A DNA stretch of 64,000 nt. It comes from Eledone cirrhosa. Taxonomy: Eukaryota. Within the stretch, counting starts at the first letter, position 1. Each line of letters begins with the position of its first letter. A model generated the notes under the pieces. That model made no database searches. It was not told where the DNA came from and saw nothing but the letters and a program-made list of their open reading frames with translations. The position numbers and the translations under genes were made by a program. Positions 12,670 through 27,633 of this stretch are shown here, piece after piece. The stretch is from positions 87,296,001 to 87,360,000 of the forward strand of contig OZ024744.1 in assembly GCA_964016885.1 (NCBI GenBank), given 5' to 3'.

Positions 12670-12880
12670 CTTGTGGCTGAGTGGTTAGAGAACTGGATTC
12701 GCAATCGTGAGGTCGTCAGTTCGATTCCTGGACCAGGCGAGGCGTTATGTTCTTGAGCAAGACACTTTATTTCACGTTGCTCCTTCTACCTGGAGTTGCG
12801 ACCGATAGATAGTATTAGCAATTGGAAAGACCAACGGAAATATTGTTTCCTCGGTCCGATTCGACAAAAGTCGATCGACA
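12670..12880 (+). mobile_element. SINE family 2 (tRNA-Arg-like head, CORE-like block; resembles octopus OR-type SINEs)
   Basis: A box tggctgagtgg, anticodon loop ttcgcaa, B box gttcgattcc, then ttcttgagcaagacactttatttc. Confidence 0.8.
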
Positions 12881-12922
12881 AAAATATATATAGAGGGAGA
12901 TAGAGATAGATAGATAGATAGA

Positions 12923-12962
<40 letters not shown>

Positions 12963-13811
12963 AGAGTGTTGAAGTTTGCTTGAAGCACTGTGGAATAATA
13001 AAATTGGTCGTTTTGGAAGATGGGTAAATCTCTGGGTAATAGAATCAGGGGGCAATGAGAGAGATGTAAGAGGAAATATAGAATGAGACGTATTGGGTGT
13101 AGAGGAACGTAGGAAAGAGTGTAAAAATAATAACAGTGATATAATTGTCCCTATATTTCGGATTTCGCATCCATCAACTAGTGGTTTTCAGAGGGGGAAA
13201 GATTTTATTCGGAGAGGAACAGCACGTGGCCTCTGTTGTCTAACACGGTAGATTCATGGCCCTTTACACTCTGAGTCCAAATCCCGCCAAGTTTAGCTTT
13301 GCCTTTCATCCTTTCATCGATAAATTAAAGTACCAGTAACGCTGGAGTCGATTTAATCGACTTTCCCCTTCCCCAAAATTGCTGGCCTTTTGCCTATATA
13401 AGAAACCATTATTTTATGAAGTTCTTCATTTATTCTTTAATCATACCATCTTATTCATTCAATCGTACAGTGATTCCTTTATTCATTCAGTCAGTCATAT
13501 TACTTTCACATGCTTTAGCAGTTATTGGTTCAGTCATATTATGGTGGTGCTGTTGTGGTTACTGATGATGACGTGGTTATTAGTGTTGTTTAGTCACACT
13601 TCAGTATTAAAAGCAAAGCCTAATATCATACGGATTCCAGCTCCGAACAACGGATTTTGTTTCCAAACGGAGCGTGACCAGATTATCTCATGTGCCATTT
13701 CCTATTTTTTATGATGGCAGACTTGAGGGATATCTGGATGTGGTTTTTAACAGATAGAGTGGCGTACATAATTATATATGCATACATTAGTGCTAACCCG
13801 TATTACATGCA

Positions 13812-13842
<31 letters not shown>

Positions 13843-13866
13843 GTATATGTATATGTATAAGTATGG

Positions 13867-13906
<40 letters not shown>

Positions 13907-13914
13907 AGACATAT

Positions 13915-14064
<150 letters not shown>

Positions 14065-14197
14065 ATATATATATATATATGTGTGTGTGTGTAGGTGGTT
14101 ATGTCAATCTATGAATAACTTAATCTACTTCACATTTCTATTGAGATCTCTGCTAAAGACTTTTCACAAAATATGTTCAAGTTATCAATACATTTAA

Positions 14198-14230
<33 letters not shown>

Positions 14231-14547
14231 CACACACACACCCACACACACACTCACACTTAAAATGCTTTCATGCATATGCGTATATACATACACACAC
14301 GCCTAAATGTGTGTGTGTGTGTGGTTATGTGTGTAAAGATGTAGAGTGAGAGGACTAAGGAGTTAAAAGTGTTGTATTCTTGGTCTATTTATCACTATCA
14401 TTCGCAGATAGGAAACGAAATATTCGATGTATTGATTTGTGACATTGTCAACTTATATATAAAAAAAAAGACTTCATGCAGTTTCATTATTTCATGATTA
14501 CATTATGCTTCTCTTTTTATATACACCGACACACACACACACACACC

Positions 14548-14654
<107 letters not shown>

Positions 14655-15044
14655 GTGTGTGTGTTTCGGTGTGTGATTTTATGTATATATTCACACTGGT
14701 AGAAGGTCAATTGATAAGCTCTCAGACACTTAGTACAAAGCCACTGAAACCCGCCATGCGGCGCGTTGTTAGTTCGGTGAATGGGTAAGGCAGTAATTAA
14801 AAGCTAACCATCTTAAAAGGCCATTGTCACACAAACCATACAACACGCACTGTTTGGGGGCACTGTCTCCGCCCACTTTGCTCCTTCTAATTCTGACTGG
14901 AGTTCGACTCCCTTTTTATACTTTTTCGTATTATTATTATTATTTTTTTTTCGTTTTTGTTACTCACACAACAACTCTTTCAACACACTACCGCCACAAC
15001 ACGCACACCCATAAACAAACGCGTGCAGCACACATTCACACAAA

Positions 15045-15081
<37 letters not shown>

Positions 15082-15111
15082 CTAACCATCTCAATCGGTC
15101 TGTCTCTAATA

Positions 15112-15310
15112 ATAATGTTTCTACTTTTTGGCACAAGGCCAGCAATTACCTCAGTACATTACTGGTACTTTATTTTATCGACCCCCCGTAAGGATGAAAG
15201 GCAAAGATAATTAACATCGGCGGAATTTGAACTCATACCGTAAAGGGCCGTAACTCTGTGCCGTAAAGCATTGCATCCGAATCTTCTACCGATCCTACCA
15301 ATCCACCAAT
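15112..15310 (-). mobile_element. SINE family 1 copy
   Basis: Reverse complement of the family 1 consensus. Confidence 0.88.
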
Positions 15311-15379
15311 ATAATATAAGTCTAAATGTTTGTTTATGTGTAAGTTCGTTTCTTCCCCTGCTACCGCATTTCAGGCTTG

Positions 15380-15573
15380 GGTGGATTGGCAGTATCGGTA
15401 GAGGGTCGGATGCCATGCTTTGCAGCTTAGAGTTACCTAACTTTATGATTTTAGGTCAAATCCCGCCGATGTTAATTAACTTTGCCTTTCATCCTTACGG
15501 GAGTCGATAACATAAGGTACCAGTAATACACTGGGTAATTTGCTGGCCTAGTGCCAAAAAGTAGAAACAATTA
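15380..15573 (+). mobile_element. SINE family 1 copy, head-to-head with the previous copy
   Basis: Full head, core and tail. Confidence 0.88.
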
Positions 15574-15612
15574 TTTTTAGCTCTCTTCCTTAGCTTTCAC
15601 TTTCACTTACCA

Positions 15613-15672
<60 letters not shown>

Positions 15673-16189
15673 TTCTTTCTCTCTCTCTCTCTCTCTTTCT
15701 CTCTATCAGTCTTTCTCTGGCTCTCAGTATCTCCCTCCCTCTCATACTCTCTTTGTCTCTTACCCTCTCTCTCTCTCTCTCTACTTATCTCTATTTCTCT
15801 TTTATAACTACCCCACTTTCACATTTTCTTCCATTTTCCTCAGACGTTTTGCTGTTGTGCTGTTGTCATGACGAAAGCTTTCTCTTACTGTCCATTATTC
15901 TCTGTACCCTCTCTATCTTTGTTTTTATTTCTCTCTCAATAATTCCAAATAATTTCTTTCCTTCACAGTTGGTTTTTAAACAATCTATCGTCCATCATCA
16001 GTTATTTCATTAGAACAAAACCATACATATATACACACAGAGAAAATATTATTTTGCAAGCAATTATAAATAGAAATATGCATGTTTAAGCGAAGGGGAT
16101 ACGCACAGATGCACGCATATTCACACGCATACATGCATATACACACATATGCATACTCATATATATATACACATTAAACGGTCAATTGT

Positions 16190-16850
16190 TTTGCTAGGTC
16201 TGGTGGAAGGGACTGTGTCCATAAATTTGTCAGACACTTCAGCATCAATAAGATTGGTGCTGTTGATATTCAGTTTAGAGTGTTACAAGTCGACACATCA
16301 TTGAAAGACATGTGCAATGAAAGAAATCCAGAAAGATGGTATTCTGAGGTGAAAGAAATGCACGGGCTGGTAGGCTTTGATTCAATATGGCCGATAAATG
16401 GAGGAGGAACGAGGAGTGAGGTGAGAGAGCTCGAGAGAATGTGGCATGTGCTCAGCCAGTTCCGAGGAGCAGATGTCATAATAATAGTGATAGAAATGTT
16501 GGGTCAAGGTTGTATCATGTCTGTCAGTGAATTTATGCCAAGTAGACGAGTGGCCATTTCCTGGATGTGGTCCAGAATGTATATATATGTGTGTGTGATA
16601 GCAGCAGCGTCACAGATCTAGAAGCATTACATCATTGTAGAACATTGAACATTGTAGAAGGGCAGAATTATTTTCTGGCTCTTATACCGTTAGATGCAGT
16701 TCTAGCTATGTTTAGGATGTGTTTGCCATGAGAGATCTTCAACGACAACGATGCCTAATATTTGGAGCGAACACAAGGGTTCTTTTAATTACATACTGTA
16801 CATGTGAAATGGTGAAGTGAGGTTTTAGATCCATTCACATACAATCAACA
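16190..16850 (-). mobile_element. Decayed 3' RT fragment of a CR1/L2/Jockey-group LINE
   Basis: Minus-strand pieces LQILGIVVVEDLSWQTH/ILNIARTAS and ILDHIQ, with frameshifts. Confidence 0.55.
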
Positions 16851-16857
16851 AAAGAAA

Positions 16858-17072
16858 CGATCGACTTTCGTCAAATCGGACCGAAGAAACAATGTTTCCA
16901 TTGGTCTTTCTAATTGCTAATACTATCTATCGGTCGCAACTCCAGGTAGAAGGAACAACGTGAAATAAAGTGTCTTGCTCAATGACATAACACATCGCCC
17001 GGTCCGGGAATCGAACTCACAACCTCACGATTGCGAATCCAGGTATCTAATCACCCAGCCACACGCCTTCAC
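16858..17072 (-). mobile_element. SINE family 2 copy
   Basis: Reverse complement of 12670-12880; more diverged heads at ~17520-17602 (-) and ~18015-18095 (+). Confidence 0.82.
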
Positions 17073-18413
17073 AAAACAAATGAAAGATAGCAGTAAAAGA
17101 GATCGGATCATTTAGTTTTAGTCATTCGACAGGACTGCAGTGATACAAGGAGCAAAGTCGTAAAGAAGTTTAGCAATCATATTGAAGCCATCACCTATAT
17201 CAATTTATTACTCATAATCGATTATCGACCATTATATGCCGAACTACTACGTTATGAGACAAAAACAGGAACACACCCACTCACCCACACCACAAACACA
17301 CACACTGAGAATAAGAGTATTCGAAACAATATATTTATACAGAGTTGCGCAGAGTTGTGTTTTTGTTTTTGTGGAAGACCAACAGCACCCATACATTCCA
17401 GTCTCTTCTCCCCACGTCAACAATGATGACCAAGGTAACAACAAAGGCCGATACTTGGCACCCGTAACGTCGTATCTCATCTCAACAGTTGAATAAACTG
17501 AATGGGCATCAAAACACAACTCACTGCCAAATCTAGGATTCGAACTGATAACCTCACGACTGTGAATCTGACGTTCTAACTACAAAGCCACGCGCTTTCA
17601 CAGTTTCCATTACATACTATACATATATATATATATATATATGATCAAACACCATCCGCAGAGTGTGTATATCTAGTCAGTATGTGGAACATTTTTCTCT
17701 CCAATCAACATCTATACACTATATCTCTCTAATGGACATTTTCACACTGTATCTCCCCAATGAACATTTACAAACTAAAGCATTTACAAACTAAAGCATT
17801 TACAAACTGAAAGCAGTCAATATAAACGTACTCTGTCTCCGCTGTCAACATTTGTATGAATATCAACGTTTTGTTTACCTCTAGTTAACATCTATATAAT
17901 AAACCTGTCTGTCCAGTCAACACATACGGTCTAGCCATATTCTAGGTGTCCACTTAATAACCAAATACCCTGTATTGCTATGAAATCAATATAAATAAAC
18001 TACATAGAAACAGCCATGGCTGTGTGGTTCGGGTATTGGCTTCGCAACCACGTGGTTTCTGCCACCGTGTTATTGTGTGGTATCTTGGGCAAGTTTTTAT
18101 TTGAGTACATATGACATTAGTATACTATTAAGTTATCAATTTTCTTTCTGATACATTACCGATTTGGCTACTGATATTATATGGCCAATATGTGCCAAAG
18201 GTATTTGGTACATATTAACATAATATTTTCTCCAAACAACAAACGTATTGTTTTAATTATATCCAGTTCAGTTTAAATACCACAGGTATGGAATTTTATC
18301 CATAGACTTTTGAATTAATGTATGTTCAAGTCGTGCACATTGATTGAATACTTAATATAGTGCACAGTTCTGTGAATATCTTGTAATAATTCTTATTCTT
18401 TCTTTTTCTACAG

Positions 18414-19780
18414 AATACCGATGTGTAGAAGTTGATAATCCGTCACCAAAACCCACAAGTTCTCCACGACCGTCTTCTGCTACAGGTGTCACCGGAAGTG
18501 GATCAGGTATTAGTGGGGCTAGTAGCGTGAACAGCAATAAAATTAACACAAACCATGATATCAGCTCGATTACAGACAGCTCTTCCTCGCATCCCATTCC
18601 AGCTCATACTGGTAGTGTGGTAGGGAGCTTGCCAAGCTATATGTTACACCGACCCACTGAACGGGTGATCAAAGAAGAAGTACAAGTCGTAGACGAGCAC
18701 AGCAACACTACTAACTCCTTCCACCGTCATCACCACCGCCAACAACAACAACACCACCATAATCACCATCACCACCATCACCACCATCACAAACGAAGTG
18801 ACAGCGCTCACAGTGATCAAGGTAACTCTGCAGGAAAGCATGATGCAGACCAAGGAGAAAGCAACAGTTCCAGAAATTCCTCTCCTCACAAACCTCATAC
18901 TGAAAAAGAACACACTTCTACAGCACATGAAGACAGAGAAAAACACCGATTGCACGAACGTCTTTATCCAGTGGCAGCCTTGTCACCAGGGTCTGATATT
19001 GGTTCAAGCCCAACAAGAATTGAAAAAGAACAACGGAGTCCACCCAATGTAACAGTCATTCAACCATCTGTTAGTCACCCTATGTTCTCATACCTCTATC
19101 CACCGACAGGTGTCTATCCGACTCATTCGGGTGCTCTACCTTACGTCGGCCATATGCTTTTCAATAGCAACAATTCATTCCATCACAGCAGTCTGCCAAT
19201 GCAATTCATGTCGTCCTCCTCTCCTGGCGATCTGAGCCACCTCTCATCAACACATGCACACCATGCATCCTCTAATATAATGTTGAATGCGCATATGCCT
19301 CTGCATGGGACTCCACTTCTGCCGCACACGTACTCACTCACATCCTCTTTAGCTGGAGGTGGAATTCCCAGCGGTCTTTCTCCGTTAACCGGACCCCATC
19401 TCGGATCTCTTCTGTCATCACGAACCAATCATCGTTTTTCGCCATATACTGTACCACTGACGAAAACCACGATGGTCACAAATACTTCTCCGCTAGCAGC
19501 GAGTGAGCTGCACTCTGGAAGTAGATTAGATGCTGACAATAGCAGTATCACACCGGTCTGTACAGTACCAAGTGCTACAGGCTTATCTTCGCCGTCAAGA
19601 GGCTCTCCATCTTCCTTGAGAAGTCGCAGTCCAACTCAAATTACGACGTCCTCTTCTTCTTCATCTGCTGTTGTTGGGCCAACGACAAATCAAGGCAGTG
19701 AACTCCGAAATATTGAGCGTATGTTAAATGGACTTGACAAAAAACCGGAAGTTGGTAGAAATGACGTAAATGAGAAATGA
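18414..19780 (+). CDS. Tbx2/3: Tbx2/3 terminal coding exon (His/Ser/Pro-rich C-terminus)
   Basis: Strong polypyrimidine tract + cag acceptor, phase 1 (G+AA = E), open to TGA at 19778-19780. Contains RFSPY and SELRNIERMLNGL, resembling vertebrate TBX2/3 RFSPY and ELQSIQRLVSGL motifs, plus a poly-His/Gln run. Confidence 0.9.
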
Positions 19781-20623
19781 ATAACATTGGTGTAGTTAAT
19801 TAAAAATTTATCATCTCGAACAAAAAAGAAATAATACTTCTGGTTTGAAACAAAATAATAAAAAAAAAAAATGAATATCAGTGAAGAGGAATAAAACAGT
19901 ATGAAATAATTATTGACTGCATCGATAATCAATAACTGTCGATCAAAATAATGTGAGAAAAATAAATGAGAATTCCTAACAAGTTTCCAGTTAAAAGTGC
20001 TCTGTGCAAAGACTTACTTGGAAATTATAAAATCTGCCAGAAACGTAACATCATGTTTAAGTGGCTGCAAACATATAGGCACACAGACACACACGCACAC
20101 ACGCACACGCACACACACTCTCACACATATACATATATATATAATATGATATATAACATATGTGAATACAAGTTTGTTAGAAATTGATGGAAAGAATCAA
20201 AACAAAATTAAAGAAAAGAGAAAAGAAGAGGTTTATGGAAAACAATGGCATTTTACAAAGTTTGAAATAAAAACTACATTTTTCTACTTCCGACATTAAG
20301 CGGAAGTTGGTCTCCTGACAAATCACCTGATGATGATAATAATGTTGACGAAGTGAGGATAAGGATGAGGATGAGGATTATGAGAGGCTATATTTCTATG
20401 GATATCAAACACTACCTGTTGAGTTTGAGTTGCTACTATTGTCTTTTTACCGTGTGCTTTTCCTTGAAGAACTAGAAATTATAACAACATTGTGTAAAAG
20501 TCTTTGAGATATTCTGAGCCAAAGAAACATTCTCATCGATTCAAAAATAAAAAAAAGAAGAATTAAATATCAAAACATAAGAGGTAAAGATCCAAAAATG
20601 ACGGAAAAATTCACATTGCAGCT

Positions 20624-20655
<32 letters not shown>

Positions 20656-20659
20656 CGCC

Positions 20660-20701
<42 letters not shown>

Positions 20702-20724
20702 GGCGTACACGTATATACATACAT

Positions 20725-20799
<75 letters not shown>

Positions 20800-21323
20800 A
20801 CAATGACGCTTAACTGAATGTGCCCAAAATCCGATCATTATATTTATTTATTCAGTAATTTAACAAAGAAAAAGAAGCAAAAAATATTTATAATAATTCA
20901 TAAATATCGGACCAAATTTAAATGGAAACACACAATTGAAAAGATAATTATAAGAAATGGATTGGAATAGGGTAATTAATTTAATTGTACAATTTTGAAA
21001 TCTGACGAGTAAAGAAGAGAAATCTAATCTAATCACAGGCAACCTAAAGTTATGCATAGACAAAATCACACAACCTGAAAAGCACACACAAACGCTCACG
21101 CGCGTACACGTACACGCACACACACACGCACACATACACACATATCCATTCTCGTAAAACATGCGCAAACCTATGTACTTATACATATTTATATATGCAT
21201 ATTTGCACCTTAAATACTTATGCGGTAAAAAGCAGTATTTAAAGCGCAATTAAACAATTAAACGATAAAACGGGTTGAAATCGCTTTATATATATATATG
21301 TGTATATACATAGAATTGTTAAG

Positions 21324-21370
<47 letters not shown>

Positions 21371-21479
21371 GTATGTATATGTATGTATATATATATATGT
21401 ATATATATATGTATATGTATGTATATATATATATGTATATATACATTTATATATATGCATATATATATGCATGTGTATA

Positions 21480-21512
<33 letters not shown>

Positions 21513-21543
21513 GCATGTTTATATATACATATATATATATATG

Positions 21544-21629
<86 letters not shown>

Positions 21630-21797
21630 TGTGTAACTATCAGAAGTAAAAAAAGAAAATTCAACAAAGAACGCTCAGTAAAACAACAGTAATTATCATA
21701 TTTCTTGAAAATTCTGGAACACCTGTAGATTTGTGTTCACCTGTTTGTGATTATCTTCGTGCTTTGGCGTTTTTATTTATTTTGGTTTCTGAAAACA

Positions 21798-21828
21798 TGA
21801 TAATGATGATGATGATAATGATGATAAA

Positions 21829-21860
<32 letters not shown>

Positions 21861-21960
21861 GAATAATGATGATGCCGACGAAGATAATGATGATAAACGT
21901 GATCATGATGACGATGATGATGGCGATGTTGATTAATATGGCGATGTTGATGAGGATGGC

Positions 21961-21996
<36 letters not shown>

Positions 21997-22316
21997 AAAC
22001 AACGGTGACGTCGATTAGGAAGACGAAGACGACGACGACGATGATGATAATAATGATGATGATGATAATGATGACTATGACTATGTCGACGTTTATGATT
22101 CACATATGAAGAAACAACTTTGAGCAAAATAGCTAATAAGGCTGATGATAATAATGATGGTACTGATGATAATGATGATCATGATAATACCAACAAAACA
22201 GCAAAAACAACAACAATAACAATTATAATATAACTTGAAAAATAATGGTGTGGCTATCAATTATAACAGCGTCAACTTCAATAGCATGTTGTAAATAACG
22301 ATAATGATGATAATCT

Positions 22317-22394
<78 letters not shown>

Positions 22395-22430
22395 TAACAA
22401 TAACAATAATAATAATTAATAAATAAATGA
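21798..22430. repeat. (GAT)n/(GAC)n/(AAT)n compound microsatellite
   Basis: Direct inspection. Confidence 0.9.
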
Positions 22431-22956
22431 ATTAATTAATTACGACAATATAACAGTAAATAACGCAAATATGTCCGTTAAGTAGACCGCTCCCCTATAA
22501 TAAGTGATAAAAAAGCAAAGCAAACACAAAAAACAAAAACGAAATACTGAAATCCGCCATACTAAACAGCTCTGTATCACTGCGCGTTTGGAAAAAGCCA
22601 AGTTTGAGATTGTTCATCCAATAAGGTTCAATTTGGTAGAAACGGGTCTATTAACATGCAAGCATACACAGTTACACAGAGACACACAGACACACAAACA
22701 TACGCATATGCATGCATTAACGTTCTACCTAATTAAGTTAGAACTCGATGAATGCACTACACACACACACACATATATTTATATATATTATATGTATGTA
22801 TGTATATATATATATATATACTCCGACAGAATTACTTCATTTATATATATATATATATATATTCCCCTATGTCTGATGTATGTGTGTGAATATATATATA
22901 TATGTGTGTGTGTGTGCGTGTCCATATGTATGATGCATGTATACGTGCAGCTATGT

Positions 22957-23042
<86 letters not shown>

Positions 23043-23596
23043 TTATTTATATACTTATATAGATCGTGCATACACACTTAATTACAGATATAAATACACA
23101 TGTATACGTATTCAGCGGGTTGTATAACTTGAGGTTTGTGTCGGCTGTGAAAGAATGTAAGGAAATGAGAGCAAGCCTGAGTTATAAGATAATCATATGG
23201 AGATATTTTTTCTTATTACAAGAAACAGAGTGTTTTAGGTAAAATGTTCATATAAAAATTATATCATATCATTAAACGATGTGTAAGTGCAGAGGATTGG
23301 CAGAACTTTAACTGCGTCCTAACAAAATACCTTGAAGTATTTGCTCCGATTTTACATGTTCACGTCGAAGTCAACTTTGCTATTGTCATTCCAAGGTTCG
23401 ACAAAATAAGCAGGATTTAAGTACGGGCGTCAATTTAATCGTCTTTTCTCACCCCCATAGGCTTGCTAGCCTTGTGTTTATATTAGAAACCATTATATAA
23501 TTATGTAAATAATACACGCACACACATATACATATATAATAATAATAATAATAATAATGAGTATAACCGAAGTTGCAGCTGCACTAGCAGACGTCC

Positions 23597-23627
<31 letters not shown>

Positions 23628-23637
23628 TGTATGTATG

Positions 23638-23672
<35 letters not shown>

Positions 23673-23680
23673 TTTTCTTT

Positions 23681-23945
23681 AATAATTGTTTCTACTTTTT
23701 GGCACAAAGCCACCAATTATCCCAGTGTATTACTGGTACTTTATTTTATCGACCCCGTAAGGATGAAAGGCAAAGTTAACCTCGGCGGGATTTGAACTCA
23801 GACCATGAAGGGCCGTAACTCTATGCTTCAAAGCATGGCGTCCGACCCTCTACCGATACTGCCAATTTAATAATTGTTTCTACTTTTGGCACAAGGCCAC
23901 CAATTATTCCAGTGTATTACTGGTACTTTATTTTATCGACCCCGT
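23681..23945 (-). mobile_element. SINE family 1, near-full copy plus tandem partial copy
   Basis: 23681-23866 near full; 23870-23945 tail and part of the core. Confidence 0.88.
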
Positions 23946-24632
23946 GACTGTGTTCTGTGTGTGTGAGTCTCTGTGTGTCTCTGCGTGTGTGATATGAGAA
24001 GACTATCGGTTTGATCACCTGTCAAAGAAACAGATCCCACCTTCTAAATAGTTAAATAAATCTCACATAAAAATGTAACAACAACCCATTCATTAGTTCA
24101 ATGCTTGTAACTAATTTTTTAGGGTGTGATTTGATGCAATTATTTGTGATTATCCCCCTTAGCAGAAAACTTCAAACATAACAGACACAAACGAATTGAA
24201 TATACATTGGAATTTATTCAATCGTGCTCTATAGCTAAGCTGATTTAATTTTGTTTGTGTACGTGTATGATTTCATAAATGTATAATTATCTGTTTATTG
24301 TGTCTTGTGTTTAAACACCAGTAAACCCTGTGAGAGATAAGTAATGTAGATAGATAGTAGGAAGAAAAAAATTGGAAACAAATAAAGGTAGGGATTATAC
24401 ATGGTGGGCGATATATATAACCAGGCAGTGGCAGGGGGCGACGGAGTGGGAGTGTGAGAAAAACGGAGGTAGAGAGAAAAGAGGAAAGAAGGGAAGTAGA
24501 GATATATGTGATAAGCAATATACACGATAGTTAAAGTGAGTATAGAGTGCGTTAGAGAGAAGATAAGGATGAGAGGAAGAGAGAAAGAGGAAAATAAGTG
24601 TGAGAGAGAGAGAGAGAGAGAGAAGGGGAGAG

Positions 24633-24692
<60 letters not shown>

Positions 24693-24916
24693 GCGGGAAG
24701 GCATACAAAAAAAAACAAATAAAACAAAATACACAATTAAAAAACAAAACACGTGTGGTTTTTAAAACATGCAGAAGAAATAATTTAACAGACAGCAAGC
24801 CCACAAGCACATTCACAAACATTCATATTATTATATACCACATATATATGTATGTGGTGTGTGTTTGTATGCATATATATATATACATATGTGTGTAGTG
24901 TATATATACATGTAGA

Positions 24917-24992
<76 letters not shown>

Positions 24993-25090
24993 ATGTATAT
25001 ATATATATATGTATATATGTGTGTATATATATATAATTATATATATATATATATATATACATATGTGTGTAGTGTATATATACATGTAGA

Positions 25091-25144
<54 letters not shown>

Positions 25145-25185
25145 ATGTATATATATATATATGTATATATGTGTGTATATATATA

Positions 25186-25258
<73 letters not shown>

Positions 25259-25641
25259 CGCCTAATCCACCCAGTAACATATTAATCTGGACATTTCCCG
25301 AAATGCATTCAATTCTTGTATGAAGAATCGACTGTATGTTACTGATCAGGATATTGGCTCTTTGGGAACAGCAACATTTTGAAAAATATTTTTACGAATT
25401 ATACTCATAATTAAGTAACAAACAGAATAAATAGCTTAGCATTGCTATGCACATTACTGTATTTACCAAAATTGCAACCCTAAATATACAAGACTTCTCA
25501 ACCACGCGTAGATTAAAAAGTTAAACAAAGTGATAAATATAACTATTAATTATTTTGTTGAACTTACTTGAGTTCTTTCTAGCCGTTCGTTTGATCTGCT
25601 ATTTGCAACAGCCAAATTCCTCTCAAATCACACTCAACCGT

Positions 25642-25701
<60 letters not shown>

Positions 25702-27147
25702 ATATACTTACACACACACATATATATATGATTTAATAATTGTTATACAAAATTAGGGGAAGTTTATTGCTGGGGCATGACGTTTGAGCATAGGTCTGCT
25801 TCCTCAAGGGGGGACTGTGGCTAAAAATATCAACAATTACAACAACACTATGAGTTAGTCTTGTGGTTTTACCTACCAATCTATGTATCTACTATATAGA
25901 TAGTTGTTTAAGCTGAACTTGTTGTCAAATTACTTGCTACATGTTCCAATTTAAATATTGTTATTGGTATACAAGAACAAAAATGTTAAACATAAAAAAA
26001 AACCCAGAACGATGAGTAATTAGAAAGCAATGTTTTAAATGTTATTAATACACATTTTTATTGAAAACCTAATAATTAAAAAAAATACATTTTCACTTTT
26101 TTAACTCAGTTAAGTATTAGACGCCTATGCCGAAGGTATATTTGTTATTTGAAAAACATCATAAATGAAAGATGATGTGAAGAAAATTATAAGTAAATCA
26201 AATATTGCAACTCACTGTTCTCTTTCATCACAACAAAAACGAAATGAAGAAAAATTATAATGAAGAAAATATTTAAATTTATCATATATTTAATTTATTA
26301 TTTTCATTTCTTAATCGTCACTTTCAGACGATTCTCTTTGATTTTTTTTTTTAGAAGAAATATAAAGATAAAACGAAATACACATGCAATGGAAAAATGT
26401 GAGAAAAGAACAATTAATTAATTAAAAATAAATACATGAAATAATTATATATAAACAAAAAAGGATAAAAGACAAAAAAATAATGACATCTACATGTATA
26501 TATGATGAAATAAAAAAAGACACCAAACATATACGCGTGTTTGAAAAGATATTACGGAAATTGCGTTAGCGTATGTGTGTATATGATATATGCATATATA
26601 CCCACGCACGCACACATATACATACACATATATACATTATGTATGTATGTATGTATGTATGTGTGTTGATGTATAAATATATATAACTGCATATGAAATG
26701 CGGATAAAATGGACGAATAAAAGCAAAAAGAAACAAAAAAAAATCGAATAGAGACACAAAGAGAACAAACATTGCAATAGAAAGAACGGAAAAAAATGTA
26801 GTAAAACCATCCCGAAGACTAATTAAAAACTCTGGAAATAATGCTGAAATATGATGACATTAATTAGAAAATGCCTAACCGAGGAAATATTTTTAATATT
26901 ACATGTGATGTGAGAGTGTTCATATTATTCCCTGGTTTGTTTGTCGTATGAGCGCGAAGCAAAATGCGATTGAATAAATGTGTGTGTATGTGTGTGTATA
27001 TTTATATATATATATATATAATATGTATGTATATGTATAAATATATATATATACACACCTACATACACACATATATGTATATGTCTACACTCACTCACAC
27101 ACATATATATATATATACATATATATATGCATATACATATGTGTGTG

Positions 27148-27209
<62 letters not shown>

Positions 27210-27419
27210 AACATTTATGTATGTGTGGGAAATTGTAGATTAAAGTTGTTCGAAGGATTCTGGTGATTTTTCAAGATGACGAAAGAGACTATTTAAGAAG
27301 AAATAATTTAACATTTTTTTAATTTTTTTTATTATTTCAAGGAGTATAGTGCCAAATTGTTCATAAGATTATTTTTGTTGTTATTGTTGTTACTACTACT
27401 ACTACTACTACTGCTGCTG

Positions 27420-27473
<54 letters not shown>

Positions 27474-27577
27474 TTATTATTATTCCCGAGGTTAACTTTG
27501 CCTTTCATCCTTACAGGGTCGATAAAATAAAGTACCAGTAATGGGTAATTGCTGGCCTTGTGCCAAACGTAGAAACA

Positions 27578-27633
<56 letters not shown>

